Below, piece after piece: positions 12,302 to 25,063 of a stretch of 64,000 nt of DNA. The first letter of the stretch is position 1. Every line of letters starts with the position of its first letter. A program made the position numbers and the translations under genes. This stretch comes from Rhizophagus irregularis (Eukaryota): the NCBI RefSeq assembly GCF_026210795.1, contig NC_089434.1:1612001-1676000 (forward strand). Reading direction: 5' to 3'. The notes under the pieces were generated by a model, which saw only the letters and a program-made list of their open reading frames with translations, did no database searches and was not told the DNA's origin.

Positions 12302-14619
12302 TCAACCTAAAGATAAAATAAATAAATTAGTTTTAAATTGTTTTAAAAAGAAATTTTTATTTTATTTTAAAAATTTTACCATCGAGAATTTTCAATCCAT
12401 CTTGCTCTTTTAAAAGAAGATTTGGATCTTTATATATTTCGTCATCATCTATAAGAAAAATGAATAAGCAAGAATTAAAAATAGTAAAAAAAAAATTATT
12501 TTATTATTATATAAATTTCACCTACCATCAATATTAATATCTTGCTCTTTTTGAATTATTTCTTTTTCGTCATCTAAATTTTTAAATGCGCCACGTTTAA
12601 TAAATGAAAATGATATAATGATAATTCGTTCACTTATTTACTTACCATTTGAATTTATTTGCAACTTTTTAAATACTTTAGATAATCTTCTACTGCCAGC
12701 TAAAATTAGGATTTTGAATTAATGTTAAATTCAATTTCAATTTATTACTTCTAATATATAATTAATACTATTACCTCTAAAAATATTAACTACTTTTGAT
12801 GATCTTCTACCATTCTGCTTATTTGACCCGTCAAGATCATTAACTGAAAACGAATAATATTAAAGTTATAAACATGATTGTTATGAAAATAATTCAACAA
12901 TATATTATTTAATACTTACTATCATCAGGAATGCTAGAATCATTTGATTTATTGTGAAATTCTATGATCAAAATAAGTGGTTTAAAAAAATTAAATTATT
13001 ATAATAATTTGATAGAGGGCAAGTAATTTTAATTTATACCTTCTTGTTCTTCTATATAATTTAAATGAAAAATGATATTAGTATATAATTTATTTTTGAA
13101 TTAATAATAAAGATATAAAGTTATACGCTTATACCTTCTGTTGCATTTCTTGGTTCGGGTAGATTTTCAAAGTTATGAATTTTACTCGTAAATAGTCTGC
13201 TACTTGTATAATTTGTTTCTAAATTACTAGCCTTACTTATTTCTAAGTTATCGCTTTCTGATTGGAATAATCCATCTGACATATTTTGATAATCAAAATT
13301 AATCTTTTCTATTTTTTTCAAAAGTGTAAAAGCATCAGGCCTTTTTGATGGATCGGAATCCCAACATTCTTTCATTAAATCTTTATATTCTAATGGAGTT
13401 TCTGGTACAATTTTTGGTCTTATACCATTGATAATATTCACTGCAAGATCATTATCATGTTCATAATTTATAAATGGTGGTTGTCCGGATGAAATTTCCC
13501 ACATAAGAATTGCAATACTATAAATATCAGATGCAAAAGTATATTCTCCTCCAATAAGAACTTCGGGCGCTATATAAGGAAGATTTCCATATATACTTTT
13601 TGATGGTTTATCAGCAGGTCCATAAAATCCAAGATCACCAATATACCAATAATCATTCAATTGTAAATATAATATATTTCCAGAATGTAAATCTCTATGT
13701 ATAACTTTCTCTTTATGAATATAACAAAGTGTAAGAACTATTTCATAAGCAATTTTAATTCTCTCTTTCCATGTAACTTTTTCGTGGTTTTGTTGCAAAT
13801 ATTTTCTTAAATCTATATCCATTTTCGCCATCACAAGCATATAATTTTCATTTAATGGATTTTGTGTTAAACCATAACATCGAACAATTTCTGTCCTTTT
13901 ATTACTTATAGTTAAGTATGATTTAGCCTAAATGACAACATATTATTGTTAATAGAAAAATCTTTTAAATTTTATAAATGTAAAGTTAAAATTATAATTA
14001 TACCAACCTCTTCAAACCAACTTTTACTTGCACTTTTAACATTTATTAATTTTTTAAGCACTACTTTTACCAATGGACTTTGTATTTCAGGTCTTTCAAT
14101 TCTTTTTAATTGTTTTTTATTAGAATCCCATTCATCATATATTCCACCAATCCAGTCTGCTGTATAAATTTCGGAAAATTCATCTTTTATTAAATATTTA
14201 ATATTTTTTAAATTGCTGTATGGGATCCACTCCACTATCATATTTGGAGCAAGTACTTCCATTTGACATTTCTGTATTAAATTATCAATATCATCATTTC
14301 CAGACGTCCAATTTGTAAAATTTTTTTTTAAATAATTTCGAATACAATGATCACAATATAATGTAGCCAAACATTCTTGGTTACAATTTTCACAAATTCT
14401 TTTCGTACCAACATTATCCATAACCTTATCTCGATCATAATCTTTAGTTAAAAATCTTATTGCATAAGTTTTTTCATCATTTGTAAGAAATTTATCAGTA
14501 AGAACGGTTTGTTTTTTAATTTCAAAGTGTTTGTGTATATCATTATAAATATTAACATCTATCAATGTATCTGCTCTATTTATGGTTGCATAAATTAATT
14601 CATAACGAAGAGTAGACAT
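12302..14619 (-). CDS. TKL protein kinase, copy 2, multi-exon, with altered glycine-rich loop
   Basis: Exon 1 14619-14008; exon 2 from 13927 (HRDLHSGN, DLG, APE); 12-nt micro-exon 13051-13040; further small exons to TGA at 12302. The Gly-loop reads IKDEFSEIY instead of KGGFSEIY. Confidence 0.88.
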
Positions 14620-15216
14620 AATTTTAATTAATGAGAAAGCATGAATGAATAATGTTTAAAATTTGTTCATGCAGACTCCGAAATAAATTGATAAAAAATG
14701 CAAATTGTTGATCAAACCTCGAATTGTACCACCACCAAAAAATGAATATTGCGACCTTGAGGCGCAGGACTTGATAAAATAAGAAATACTTTTTGCTTCA
14801 GCCATCAAATACGATTACCACATTGAAATATGGTATTTTTGCAAACACAATTTATGTGTGACAAATTTTGATTTCTATATTTAATATATTTAATAAATAA
14901 TTAAATCAATACATTCAATACATACTATTTTTATAATTTGACGAAACAAAATCTAAACATTCAATGATTTTCAAATGATTGGCTAATAAATTAATTTACA
15001 TTTTTCATTAAAAAATATTCATTATTTTAAAAATTAATATAAGCATGGTTGATATTTGATAAAAAAAAAGGCCCATATTTCTAGGTAATAGTTTCAATTT
15101 GAATTTATTTTAAATAAAAATAATGAATATTAAAATTTTTTTTTAAAAAAAGATTCATCTTATTATTATTTTTATTTAAAGTCGTATCCAAAGTTGGAAA
15201 AACTTTGTAGAATTTA

Positions 15217-15382
15217 GGGCAGTGACGTCTATTTATTTATTACGTAATATTACGTAATATTCATTTGTTTATAAATCTTAACCCACCCCCACATAACATA
15301 TAAAATCTTATGTTACACTATATATATTAAACCTTTCTTTACTCACCCCCTAAATATTACATAATAAAATTTTCATTTGCCC
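15217..15382. mobile_element. PIF/Harbinger (Tourist-like) MITE, 166 bp
   Basis: TTA TSD on both sides; ends GGGCAGTGA / TCATTTGCCC; inner inverted match TTATTA(C/T)GTAATATT. Confidence 0.65.
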
Positions 15383-16375
15383 TTATTATTTCTGTAACCT
15401 GTTACGTTGCAACAGGATTAATTTATGCTAATATGCTACTCTCAGAAAAAAATATATTAAAAGAAAAAATTAGTAAAAAAAAAAATAAATAAACTATTAT
15501 AGCCCTGCAGCGTCGATCTGATCACCCTATCACCTCTTCTCAGTTATATTTCGATACTCGGCGATCCGATCCTAAAAGACATAATAAGTAACAATTATAT
15601 ACACGTAAAAAAAATATTAAATATAGTTTATAAAAAAAAAATATAAAAAATAAAGGTGGTTTTTTTTAATTAAAGAATAGTAAAAAACATTAATAAAGAA
15701 CCAAAAAAAAAAGTACGAACGACTGCGGCAAAGATATGTCACGGGGAGAATATCATTCTAAACGTCAGATGAATTTTTTTTTGATGGATGTGATAAATAA
15801 TAAGGCTTGATTTTTAAATTTTCATTTTCATTCATTATTATTAAATTTATAATAAATAATTGCAATAACTTTTTTTTATGCATTAACTTTTAAATTATTG
15901 ATCATATTAAAAATAAATTTACTGGTAGTATATTTTATATTTCACTGATATTTTATCATTACAACCATATATTTTGAATTTGACAAAAAATTAATATAAA
16001 ATATGGCATAATCAGCACCAGAAGAAACTATTTGGAGATTTATTGATAAGGGAGAAAAATAATTACTCTATTTACCATTATTTAGAATTATAACTGTGTT
16101 GCATATATGATATGATTTGTAACAATGAATTCTAAGAAAGCTTTTTTTTATTAGAACAATTTGTTTTTATCTTTCGCTAAATTAGTTGAATCAGTCGATG
16201 TTGAACCTGTTCTATAAGATAATACTTAACGGTCATAAATGGGTGTTAGTATTATATGATATTAAAGTTATTATCATAGATTTTATATGTTTTTATTTTA
16301 TCAATAAAGAGAAGACAGTAAACTGACCTGATTAATAATTTATACTTTTAATAATTGATACAATAAGTTCGCTAT

Positions 16376-17298
16376 AATTATTTAAATTACAAACTAAAAA
16401 TCTTTGTAAAACATTTTACTACTTTAAATCTTAGTGACCTTTAAAAATATTAATAATTGTTGATGATTTGCTACTTTTCTGCTTATTTGACCCGTTAAAA
16501 TCATTTACTGAAAACCAATATTAAATTTATAAGCATGGTTATGAAAAAAATTCAACAATGTATTATTAAATATTTACTATTATTAGGAATTCTAAAATCA
16601 TAAATTCATACGATTTACTGTGAAATATTATTATTAGTAAAATAAGATATTTTAAAAAATTAAATTATTACAATAAAAAATGATAAGAAATTATTTATTT
16701 ATACCTTCTTGTTCTACTGTTGCATTTCTTGGTTCAGGTAGATTTTCAAAATTGTAAATTTTACTTGTAAATAATCTGTCTGCTACTTGTATAATTTGTT
16801 TTTAAGTTACTAGCTTTATTTAATTCTAAATTATCACCTTTTTCTAATTGAAATAATTTATCTGGTATATTTTGATAATATAAATTAATTTTGTTCATTT
16901 TAATCCCTAGTTATCAGGTCTTTTTAATGAATTGGCATCCCAACATTCTTTCATTAAATTTTTATATTCTAATGGAGTTCCTGGCACACTTTTGGCTTTA
17001 TACCATTAATAACATTAATTACAATATCATTTTCATGTTCATAATTTATAATGGAAATTTCCCACATAAGAATTGCAATATTATAAATATTAGATGCAAA
17101 GTATATGAAAGATTTCCATATATACTTTTTGATGATTTATCAGCAGGTCCACAAAATCCAAGATCATTAAATTGTGAGTATAGTATATTTCCAGAATGAA
17201 AATCTCTATGTATAGCTAAAGCGTAAGAATTATTCATAAGCAATTTTAATTCTCTCTTTCCATGTAAGACGACTATTATTTTGCTGTAAATATTTTCT
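16376..17298 (-). pseudogene. 5'-truncated, frameshifted TKL kinase, copy 3
   Basis: AIHRDFHSGNILYS, DLGFCGPADKSSKSIYGNL and NFENLPEPRNAT remnants with several deletions. Lacks exon 1 and the last small exons. Confidence 0.9.
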
Positions 17299-17416
17299 GG
17301 AAAGTTCGTACTGCGGGTTTATCTGATTACCATTTGTGGATTACTATTACTAGGTTATTCGTGTGAATGAAAAATTGAATCATAAATACCGTATTAATGC
17401 TATAATGAGTCTCTTA

Positions 17417-17676
17417 ATGTATCAAAATAAGAATGAACCTGCCTTTCCATCGGTTCAAGAATTCAAGATGATGAATTCGTTTAGTCTCTGTGAATTCCTA
17501 AAGAATAAATATAAACAGCAGGAAGAATTTTTTAATCATTTCGAGATTCTCAGACATGAAATGATTGATGGTGAAAATTTTATGTTATTAAATAAACCAA
17601 ACCTCGAAGATTCTCCATTCATATTTCCTGCCGGGGATCGAAGATTTGATCAAAAAACTTAAAAGTCAAGAAGGAG
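17417..17676 (+). pseudogene. SAM-like domain exon, copy A (frameshift near the end, splice donor mutated to AT)
   Basis: PSVQEFKMMNSFSLCEFLKNKY...FEILRHEMIDGENFMLLNKPNLEDSPFIFPAG then, in a shifted frame, IEDLIKKLKSQ. The pattern resembles the SAM header of the 51488 gene. Confidence 0.65.
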
Positions 17677-18014
17677 ATAAGGAATTATACAGTAGCTTAT
17701 ATTGCTGAAACTACCGAGATAAATATTCTAATTAATCGGATGATCAAACACAGTGTACTACATATAATGTCGATCATAATATATTTTTTATTTGTGTAAA
17801 ATGCCGCAATTTATCATGTGTACATAAATGCAATAACTGATAATAGTTATATCCACGAAAAATTCTCAATAAGGATTAAATAGAACAGTATAATAGTTTC
17901 CAGAAAGTTCGTACGATATGGATTGTATGGTTGACGATAACAGGTTATTGTGGGAAATGTGTGAAATGAAAATTGAATTATAAATACAGTATAAATTCAA
18001 TAACGGGTCTTATT

Positions 18015-18253
18015 ATGTACAAAAAAATGGTATCTCCCCCACGAAGAATTCATAAAATTTGACGAAGTCGTTCGCTAACTTTTTAGTGGAAGATATGAAA
18101 TTTATTTCAAAAAAATGAAAGACTAACTTATTGATGGTAGTAATTTTATGATGTTAACTGAACAACGACTTCAAAGCGATTCTTATAATTTTCCCGGTGG
18201 CGTCATTTTATTTATCGAAGAACTAATCAAAAAATTCAAAAGTCAAGTAGGAG
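18015..18253 (+). pseudogene. SAM-like domain exon, copy B (degenerate tandem duplicate of copy A)
   Basis: LIDGSNFMMLTEQRLQSDSYNFPGGVILFIEELIKKFKSQVG followed by a GTAAG donor. The upstream non-coding sequence GAAAGTTCGTAC...AAAATTGAAT.ATAAATAC.GTAT is shared with copy A. Confidence 0.6.
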
Positions 18254-18737
18254 GTAAGAAATCAAAACTTATAATACTAAAATAGTTATAGTAAATTGTA
18301 TGTATATATTCCTAAAGGAAAAATAGTTAACACCGATGTTGGGGGTTAACATATGTATCATCTGTGGAAGTATTAATTTTATTGGACACTAAATAACACT
18401 GAGAAATGGGGTTGAAATTGATACGTAAACTGGTTGAAACAAGAACATCATTTAACTAGATGAACTTCTCAGTTGCAATGTAGCCAACGTTCCTGATAAG
18501 ATAGTTCTCCAAGCATGAACATAATTATATACCGAATATTCATACTAGACTTACATCCGAATGTATTCAAAAAATTTCTTACGGAGAATTTTTTATAATT
18601 ATTTTATGAATAGGTACCAATGTTGGGGTATAGAAACCTCTATGGAAAAAATGAATATAACGGAAATTCAGGTATGATAATTCGTGCATTGATGATTGCG
18701 TAAAAGTATACTATGCCTTATTAATATTTTTCCAAAG

Positions 18738-19021
18738 CCCATTCCAAATTAAATGATATCGAATTACTTCGAAGATTATTCAGAGGAATAGCCGAGGACA
18801 ATAATTTCACATTTAAGGCCATCGCTGACGAATTAAAGTCAACAAACCATTCTATCAGTGAAACCACAGTAGAGAAATTTTATCGTAATAAATCCGACCT
18901 TACTCTGGATAATAAATTAGCTGTGCAGAAGTGGATAGGAAAATTTATAGACGAATGGAAAAAGGATGATCAAAGTGTGACGATTTTAGTCAAATTGGAT
19001 CCCGCACATAGCACGAAGTAA
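18738..19021 (+). CDS. Terminal exon encoding a putative Cro/cI-like helix-turn-helix domain (may belong to a decayed SAM-HTH gene)
   Basis: AG acceptor, then 94 codons: ...DIELLRRLFRGIAEDNNFTFKAIADELKSTNHSISETTVEKFYRNKSDLTLDNKLAVQKWIGKF...TAA. Not in the ORF track because it has no ATG. Confidence 0.55.
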
Positions 19022-19469
19022 TGTCAAATATATTATTAGTTCTCGAGATCGATATAAACACAATTGTTATGTATATAATTATCACACTTTGTATCTGTAA
19101 ATAATATACTGATCTTTCATCGAATAGAAAAAAATCAATAATTTTTATTTCATATAACTACGAGATTTATTACAGTATTAATTGCTAGAATATACTGAAA
19201 GGCGACTGATGATTTATCTGTTTCCATCCAGTAGAACTCTCGTAATCGAATATCGAAATTATTTCTCATTTCCAAATAGTTATCGTACTGATCTCATATA
19301 GACTATAAGAGGAGATCCCACACAGCCATTCTTATGTATTAGCTCATGTGGTGAGATTTTTGTTAACAAAGCAGAAAATTATATGATATCGTGGTTAATC
19401 ACATCATGTCTCGAAATTCCAGTAATGTGTTCCCCGTAATAAGTAGATAAAGACAGGTTAATAGTTAAT

Positions 19470-19765
19470 TGCTAACATTGGATTAATGGAAGTTATGATG
19501 AATGAGTTCCTAAGAACAACAATTAAAAAGATTTGGAACTATTAAAGTCATACTTAAAAGATTAGTAGATGTTGAAAATGTAAATCTAAAATTTTATTCT
19601 AAATTTACTTATATAATCCGAAGTTTCAGTTTTGTATTAAATAGAGTGTTATTATTTAGGCCAAATCACATTTGGCTATAAGTAATAAACAGGCAGAAAA
19701 AATTGTTCGATGTTATGGTTTAACACTAAATCCACCAAATGGAAATTATATGCTTATGATGATGA
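19470..19765 (+). pseudogene. Short inverted fragment of a fifth TKL kinase copy (exon 1/intron/exon 2 junction)
   Basis: WINGSYDE..., KVILKRLVDVEN, then tag|AKSHLAISNK...VRCYGLTLNPPNGNYML. Confidence 0.8.
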
Positions 19766-20883
19766 AAATGGAAATAGACTTATAGAATATTTCATTTCAA
19801 TGTATCTTTTATTCGTATTATTCGCAGATAACATGTACTGTATTTATAGAGAACTCTAATTTTTCTATTTGCAGGTCCTTTTCCTTTACGCTTAAGAGTA
19901 TTAAGCAATTTATTTAATTAGGTAGCAGAAGGTTATAAAGTGTATAATTAAACAACGTATCAAAATTATCCGATCAGACGTGTAGTATAACGCTGTACGT
20001 CGGCATATACTTCCAAATACGAATAAAGGATTTCACACAATAAAAAACTATCAATATACAACAATGAGATAACCAGATAACCTTTTATAACTTTAAATAA
20101 AAACTTTATTTCGTTATTATCTTCCTAAACATTACTACAAGTAAATTGACCTATATTTATAATAAATTATACATATATTAATATCAATATGACTAACATG
20201 TTCAATATGTCAATCATGTTCAACATGTTAATTAGGTTCGATGTTAATCATGTTAAACATTTGCAACATCGATCAATTTCGGAGTGGCACATGATGATCA
20301 CAAGACACGAGTTACATTACAACATAGTCAGATTCTCGTTGCCGCCAATGTGAAATTCTCGTCAAACATCACAGGTTGTGTTGACACTATTAATGAATTT
20401 TCTCGTAGGTAACTAACCAACTAGGACCATTCATTAGTATTATTTCTCGTTAACTTTTGCATTAGTGTTCTTTCTTTTATTGAGTAAAAATCCTACGTTG
20501 ATGTTGATGACATATATCTCGGGAAATATGCGATTTACACACTATATCTATTAGTTAGTTTACTGTATAACTCATGTCACATACGTATATCTCGGCTTTA
20601 TCTCTTAAAATCATTATGAAACAAAAAATGTAAAACCGAAGAAATCTACCCGATCACCCTGAAAAATAGCATTTCAGAAGAAATTATTTCGTCATTAGCG
20701 TGTGCACATGGCGCTTTTAAATTCTTTATTTTCGCATATTTAGTATTTATTCCATTACATGATATCCAAGAGATACGCTTCACATATAACGTAAATACAA
20801 AAAGTCACACGAGACATATATATATATAATATGTAACATATATGAATTTTATTTATAAAAGAAAAAAAGAATTATTTGTACCT

Positions 20884-21540
20884 TTATTCCTCCTTTTCAC
20901 GTACAGACACATTTGACAGATGAATTTGAGTATAGAGATGGTTTTTATATCCCTTTGAAGTTATGTATTTGTTGCAATATTCGCAATAAACGTGCGTATT
21001 TTGTCCAGGAGTATCAGGAGTAGACTTGGAGTGATTATGCTTGCTATCCGTACTTTTTTTTTGATCAATCGGAACAACCACGCATTCATCCGTATAGTCC
21101 GAATCTTGACCTTCATCATTAGGAAAGTTTTCATCCTCCACTACTATTTCTTTAGAAACACTAGTTCCAGTTGCGTTCGAGCCACCTTCTCTTTCGTTGC
21201 CACCCAGATCATCATCGCCAGCGTTCATCATACCCAATATATCTTTCACTTCTCGTGTGAGCAAATTTAGCTTCTGATAATCATCGGAATTTTGTGATTC
21301 ATTTTCTTTTACGGAACTATCTAGCTGTCTCTGCAACTCCACGTTTTTACATGAAAGTTCTCTATTCTTTTTTTCAAGTTCCGTACATCTACGTTTAAAA
21401 CTTTCTTTTTCTTGCGTTATCGATTGTAATCGTTTCTTAATAATTTCTATATCCTTTCCCAGGGTTTCAAGCAGTCCTTTTTTTTCTTTTTTTTCGGAGG
21501 ACGACATGACGTTACTACTGTCCGTGTTATCTGTCATCAT
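20884..21540 (-). CDS. Intronless protein with N-terminal coiled coil, acidic linker and C-terminal matrin/U1-type C2H2 zinc finger
   Basis: 218-aa ORF with heptad-rich residues about 22-105 and C-terminal YCEYCNKYITSKGYKNHLYTQIH (C-x2-C-x11-H-x5-H). Confidence 0.7.
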   Translation of the reverse strand: MMTDNTDSSNVMSSSEKKEKKGLLETLGKDIEIIKKRLQSITQEKESFKRRCTELEKKNRELSCKNVELQRQLDSSVKENESQNSDDYQKLNLLTREVKDILGMMNAGDDDLGGNEREGGSNATGTSVSKEIVVEDENFPNDEGQDSDYTDECVVVPIDQKKSTDSKHNHSKSTPDTPGQNTHVYCEYCNKYITSKGYKNHLYTQIHLSNVSVREKEE

Positions 21541-23038
21541 TAGAGCTGTTTGCTGAACTTTTAAAGAATAGTGTGCGTTTCATAAAAAAGTATTCTTGCC
21601 AACCTTCTTAACAAAAATTAACAGGACTAACAGGAAACTTTAACAAAAAATCCAGTTTACGTTTAAATAGTCCCACGTGGAAAGAGAGAGGTAAGATACC
21701 AAATGTGTTATGATCTTCATTCCCTTGTATTCCAAAAAAGGAGCTACAGTTTTGTAATGCAGTTTACATGTAACGTTACATCGGTAATACAAACATAAAA
21801 ATTTGGTGACGTATCATATTTGTAAATTCATGAACTTAATTTACAGAAAAAACAATACGGGAAGAGATTATTTATGTTTTCTTAGACGAATAGTGTCTTA
21901 AAATAATTTTATTTTATCATACTTCACAAAAGTCTAAGATCACCATTTTATTATTCCCTTGCTCGTGTGAGTGATTTTTATAAAAATACTTAGGAACGAA
22001 GACTCTATCTTCCTTGTCGTGTGATTCAGAGATTAACAAAAGTGTTTATATGCAATAAACAATGTGGGGACACAACTAATTACATACTTACCACAGAAAA
22101 TACTTTCCATTATGACCCCTTGCCGCTCAACCACGTCTTTTATTCATACATTTTATCGATAACGATCATTTATGTCATGTCAAAGAGAATACCCAAAAAA
22201 ATAAGAAGGTTCTAGGAACACACCTTCGGTGAGCTTTTGTATTACACAGAAATAAATATATCACTTAATTTATCGATAATTTATTTTCATTTGAAAGTCT
22301 TGGCAAATTAAGGATCAATATGAAAATGAATCTTAATTGTTTTCGTATCAATTAACGTTAAAAAGTAGAATCTCTGTGAGAATATCAAGAAAACAAATCA
22401 TGAATTATAATTATGTAACACGATGGTAATATACAAAAAATATGATTTTTTTAATTGTTTCTTTTTATTGATTGTAAATATCTTGTTGAATTTAATTATT
22501 GTTATCTGTCATTTGTTAAACTCTTAATGTCTTAATCGTTAAAAATATTTATTAAAAATAATATATACCAATTTTGGTAGTGAACACAAGATCTCGATAA
22601 ATCTCATAAAAACTTACTTAAAAACTTAAAATTATACAAAGCTGCGTCTAACCCATTGTCCCAACCGACATCAGATTGGATTTAAATAAATCATTAAATA
22701 TGATGATTTTAAAAAATCAAAGAATAGAATTGTAAAACATTTATTAAACTCTCAAACTCAATACAATTTTTTTGTCCCAACTATCATGCCAAGATTTTCT
22801 TCGTGATCAAGGTATTACATTGATTTTTTTCTTTCAGAGTAATATTTTTCTAACAGCTTTATAACACAAAGTCAGGTTACTTGCAAGAGAATGTAACTTA
22901 AGAGCGTAAAAATTAGCAGTTAATTATTTCTTATACATAAAAGTTGTTTCTAATATTTTGTGTATTTAGCTCCCTTAACTCTTCCTCGAGCATTTCCTCG
23001 CCTCTCATATTCTAAAAATTACAAAAAACCACATCGAT

Positions 23039-23416
23039 ATGCCCGCTCTTGTAATTCAATGGAATGATGCCGGCTTTAATGACGTTGCAGCCTCACCTGG
23101 TAACAGAAATGGAGTAGTTGGTCGAGATAGAAATGCGATAATTAATCACTTGGTTACAGGGGGGGAAACAAACCATCACGAATGGACAATCGGTTGGAGA
23201 CTGCGAAGCTACTCTTCCCAATTGGTATGAGAAATTTCTTTTCTTGATCTCATAGCTCTAGCTAATTCATTTTCATTTTCCTTTTATTCTATTTGCTAAA
23301 GATTCCGGCATCAAACCGGAATTCCTGATGTTGTTATTTCTTGTTATAGAATAAATAAGCTAACAGCTGGGGGTGTAATTGATGTAGAGATATATAACAA
23401 TGCATTTAGAAGATAA
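23039..23416 (+). pseudogene. Small two-exon gene of unknown function, probably frameshifted
   Basis: GC-richer coding-like exon MPALVIQWNDAGFND..., GT donor near 23225, then a second exon RHQTGIPDVVISCYRINKLTAGGVIDVEIYNNAFRR* that does not join in frame. Confidence 0.5.
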
Positions 23417-24449
23417 CGTGAGTTGAACACTATTTTTTTGTTTATAGCATCGCCCACTAAATTCTAAAATAGGTGATTTCTTTTATTTATCGATAATTCC
23501 CAAATACGGATATTATTTTTTAATGAATTTTTTTTCTAACATTTTTTTAACGAACTTTCATGCGAATTTTTTGGTTTTTTCAATATATTTTTTTGTTCTC
23601 TGCCAAATTTTACGAATTTTTCTTTGTCTTTGAATTTTTTTTTGTTTTTTCAATATATTTTTTTTGTTCTCTGCTAAATTTTACGAATTTTTCTTTGTTT
23701 TTGAAATTTTTTTTGTTTTAATGAACTTTTGTTTTTTAACAAATTTTTTTCGATTTTTTAACTAAGAATTTTTTTTGTTTTTAACAAATTTTTTTCCTTT
23801 TAGCAAATTTTCTTTATATTTGAACTATATCTTTATTTGTAAAAAATAAAAAAATTACAATTCATAGTTACTACTGACAATAATTAGTTTTGTCCTTCCA
23901 TGTTCTTGGCATTATTAATTGGTGTTTGTATTCTTTTATTTGTTGAACCATTTGTTGAAGAGGAATAAAATTAAATGAAATATTTCCATCTATTTTTTCC
24001 TTCGAGTTAAATTAATAGGTTGGCGCAATCTTGAATCACTAATAAGAATGCCCTTTTACGGAAATGATTTAGATTTCAGATTTACAATGTCATCGATCGG
24101 TTTCTCATAAAACCGTTATTGCCTCTAACCCCGTTAAGACGCGTAATCCCTAATTAATATTCTATTTTTGGTGAGTTAATCGGAATTGTCGTATTAACGA
24201 AATCTTTCCAAGATCTTGTAGACCCAATGCAAATTTATAAAAAGGTGATGTCCCGATCAGTGAATCCTTTTATCTGCCTTGCACACTTTCAATATTCAAA
24301 CAAACGAGTATAACCCATAAAGTAGTAATAAAGTAGGTCGGTTTATAGTTCGTGTTGGTAAACGAAACAAAAAATTTGTTTGGATAAATGAACCTAGTAG
24401 AATGAAGAATACATAGTTTCTAGGATAAGTGGGCGTGCACTACATCACC

Positions 24450-24587
24450 AGGGGGTTCCTTAAATGTATACGATACTAACGTACGCACCGGCCGGAGTTA
24501 AGTTTAACGCTTTCACGTGCAAGTGTATAACTCCTAAACTCTAGTAGGATATACGTACGCACGGTGCGTACGTTAAGGAACCTCCCT
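24450..24587. mobile_element. Small MITE, about 138 bp
   Basis: Inverted ends AGGGGGTTCCTTAA / TTAAGGAACCTCCCT with internal AACGTACGCACC / GGTGCGTACGTT repeats. Confidence 0.65.
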
Positions 24588-25063
24588 TATAGCTAGATGC
24601 CCCATCGTCACGAGATCAATCTAATTGGTCTAAATAAATATGACTAATTCTGGCCAACTCCATTGTAAACTCTGACCAAATTCCAGAATAACTGGTCAAA
24701 TTATTAACATAATAAAGAAATGTCCGTTTTTTAATTCTGCTCCATTTTTCGACGTAATTCTGGCCAATTTGTAAAAAAAAAATGAACATTTAAAATGGAT
24801 AAATATTAAAGTACATTGGGGTGTATATTATTAACGTACAAACTTATATGTATGACTAGAATTATTGTAATACAGGTAAAAGACTGATAATTTTGGTAAA
24901 CTATTAAAACTCCATTTATCACGCAATTTATAAATAGACTTTCCTAAATAAGAATATTTATATGGAAATATTAATAGTACCCTAAAAATAAATAAGATAT
25001 TGCGCGAAATCTTGAATCTTTTTCCTTACATTGTAACCGCGAACTTTTTTTTTTATAGAAAAC

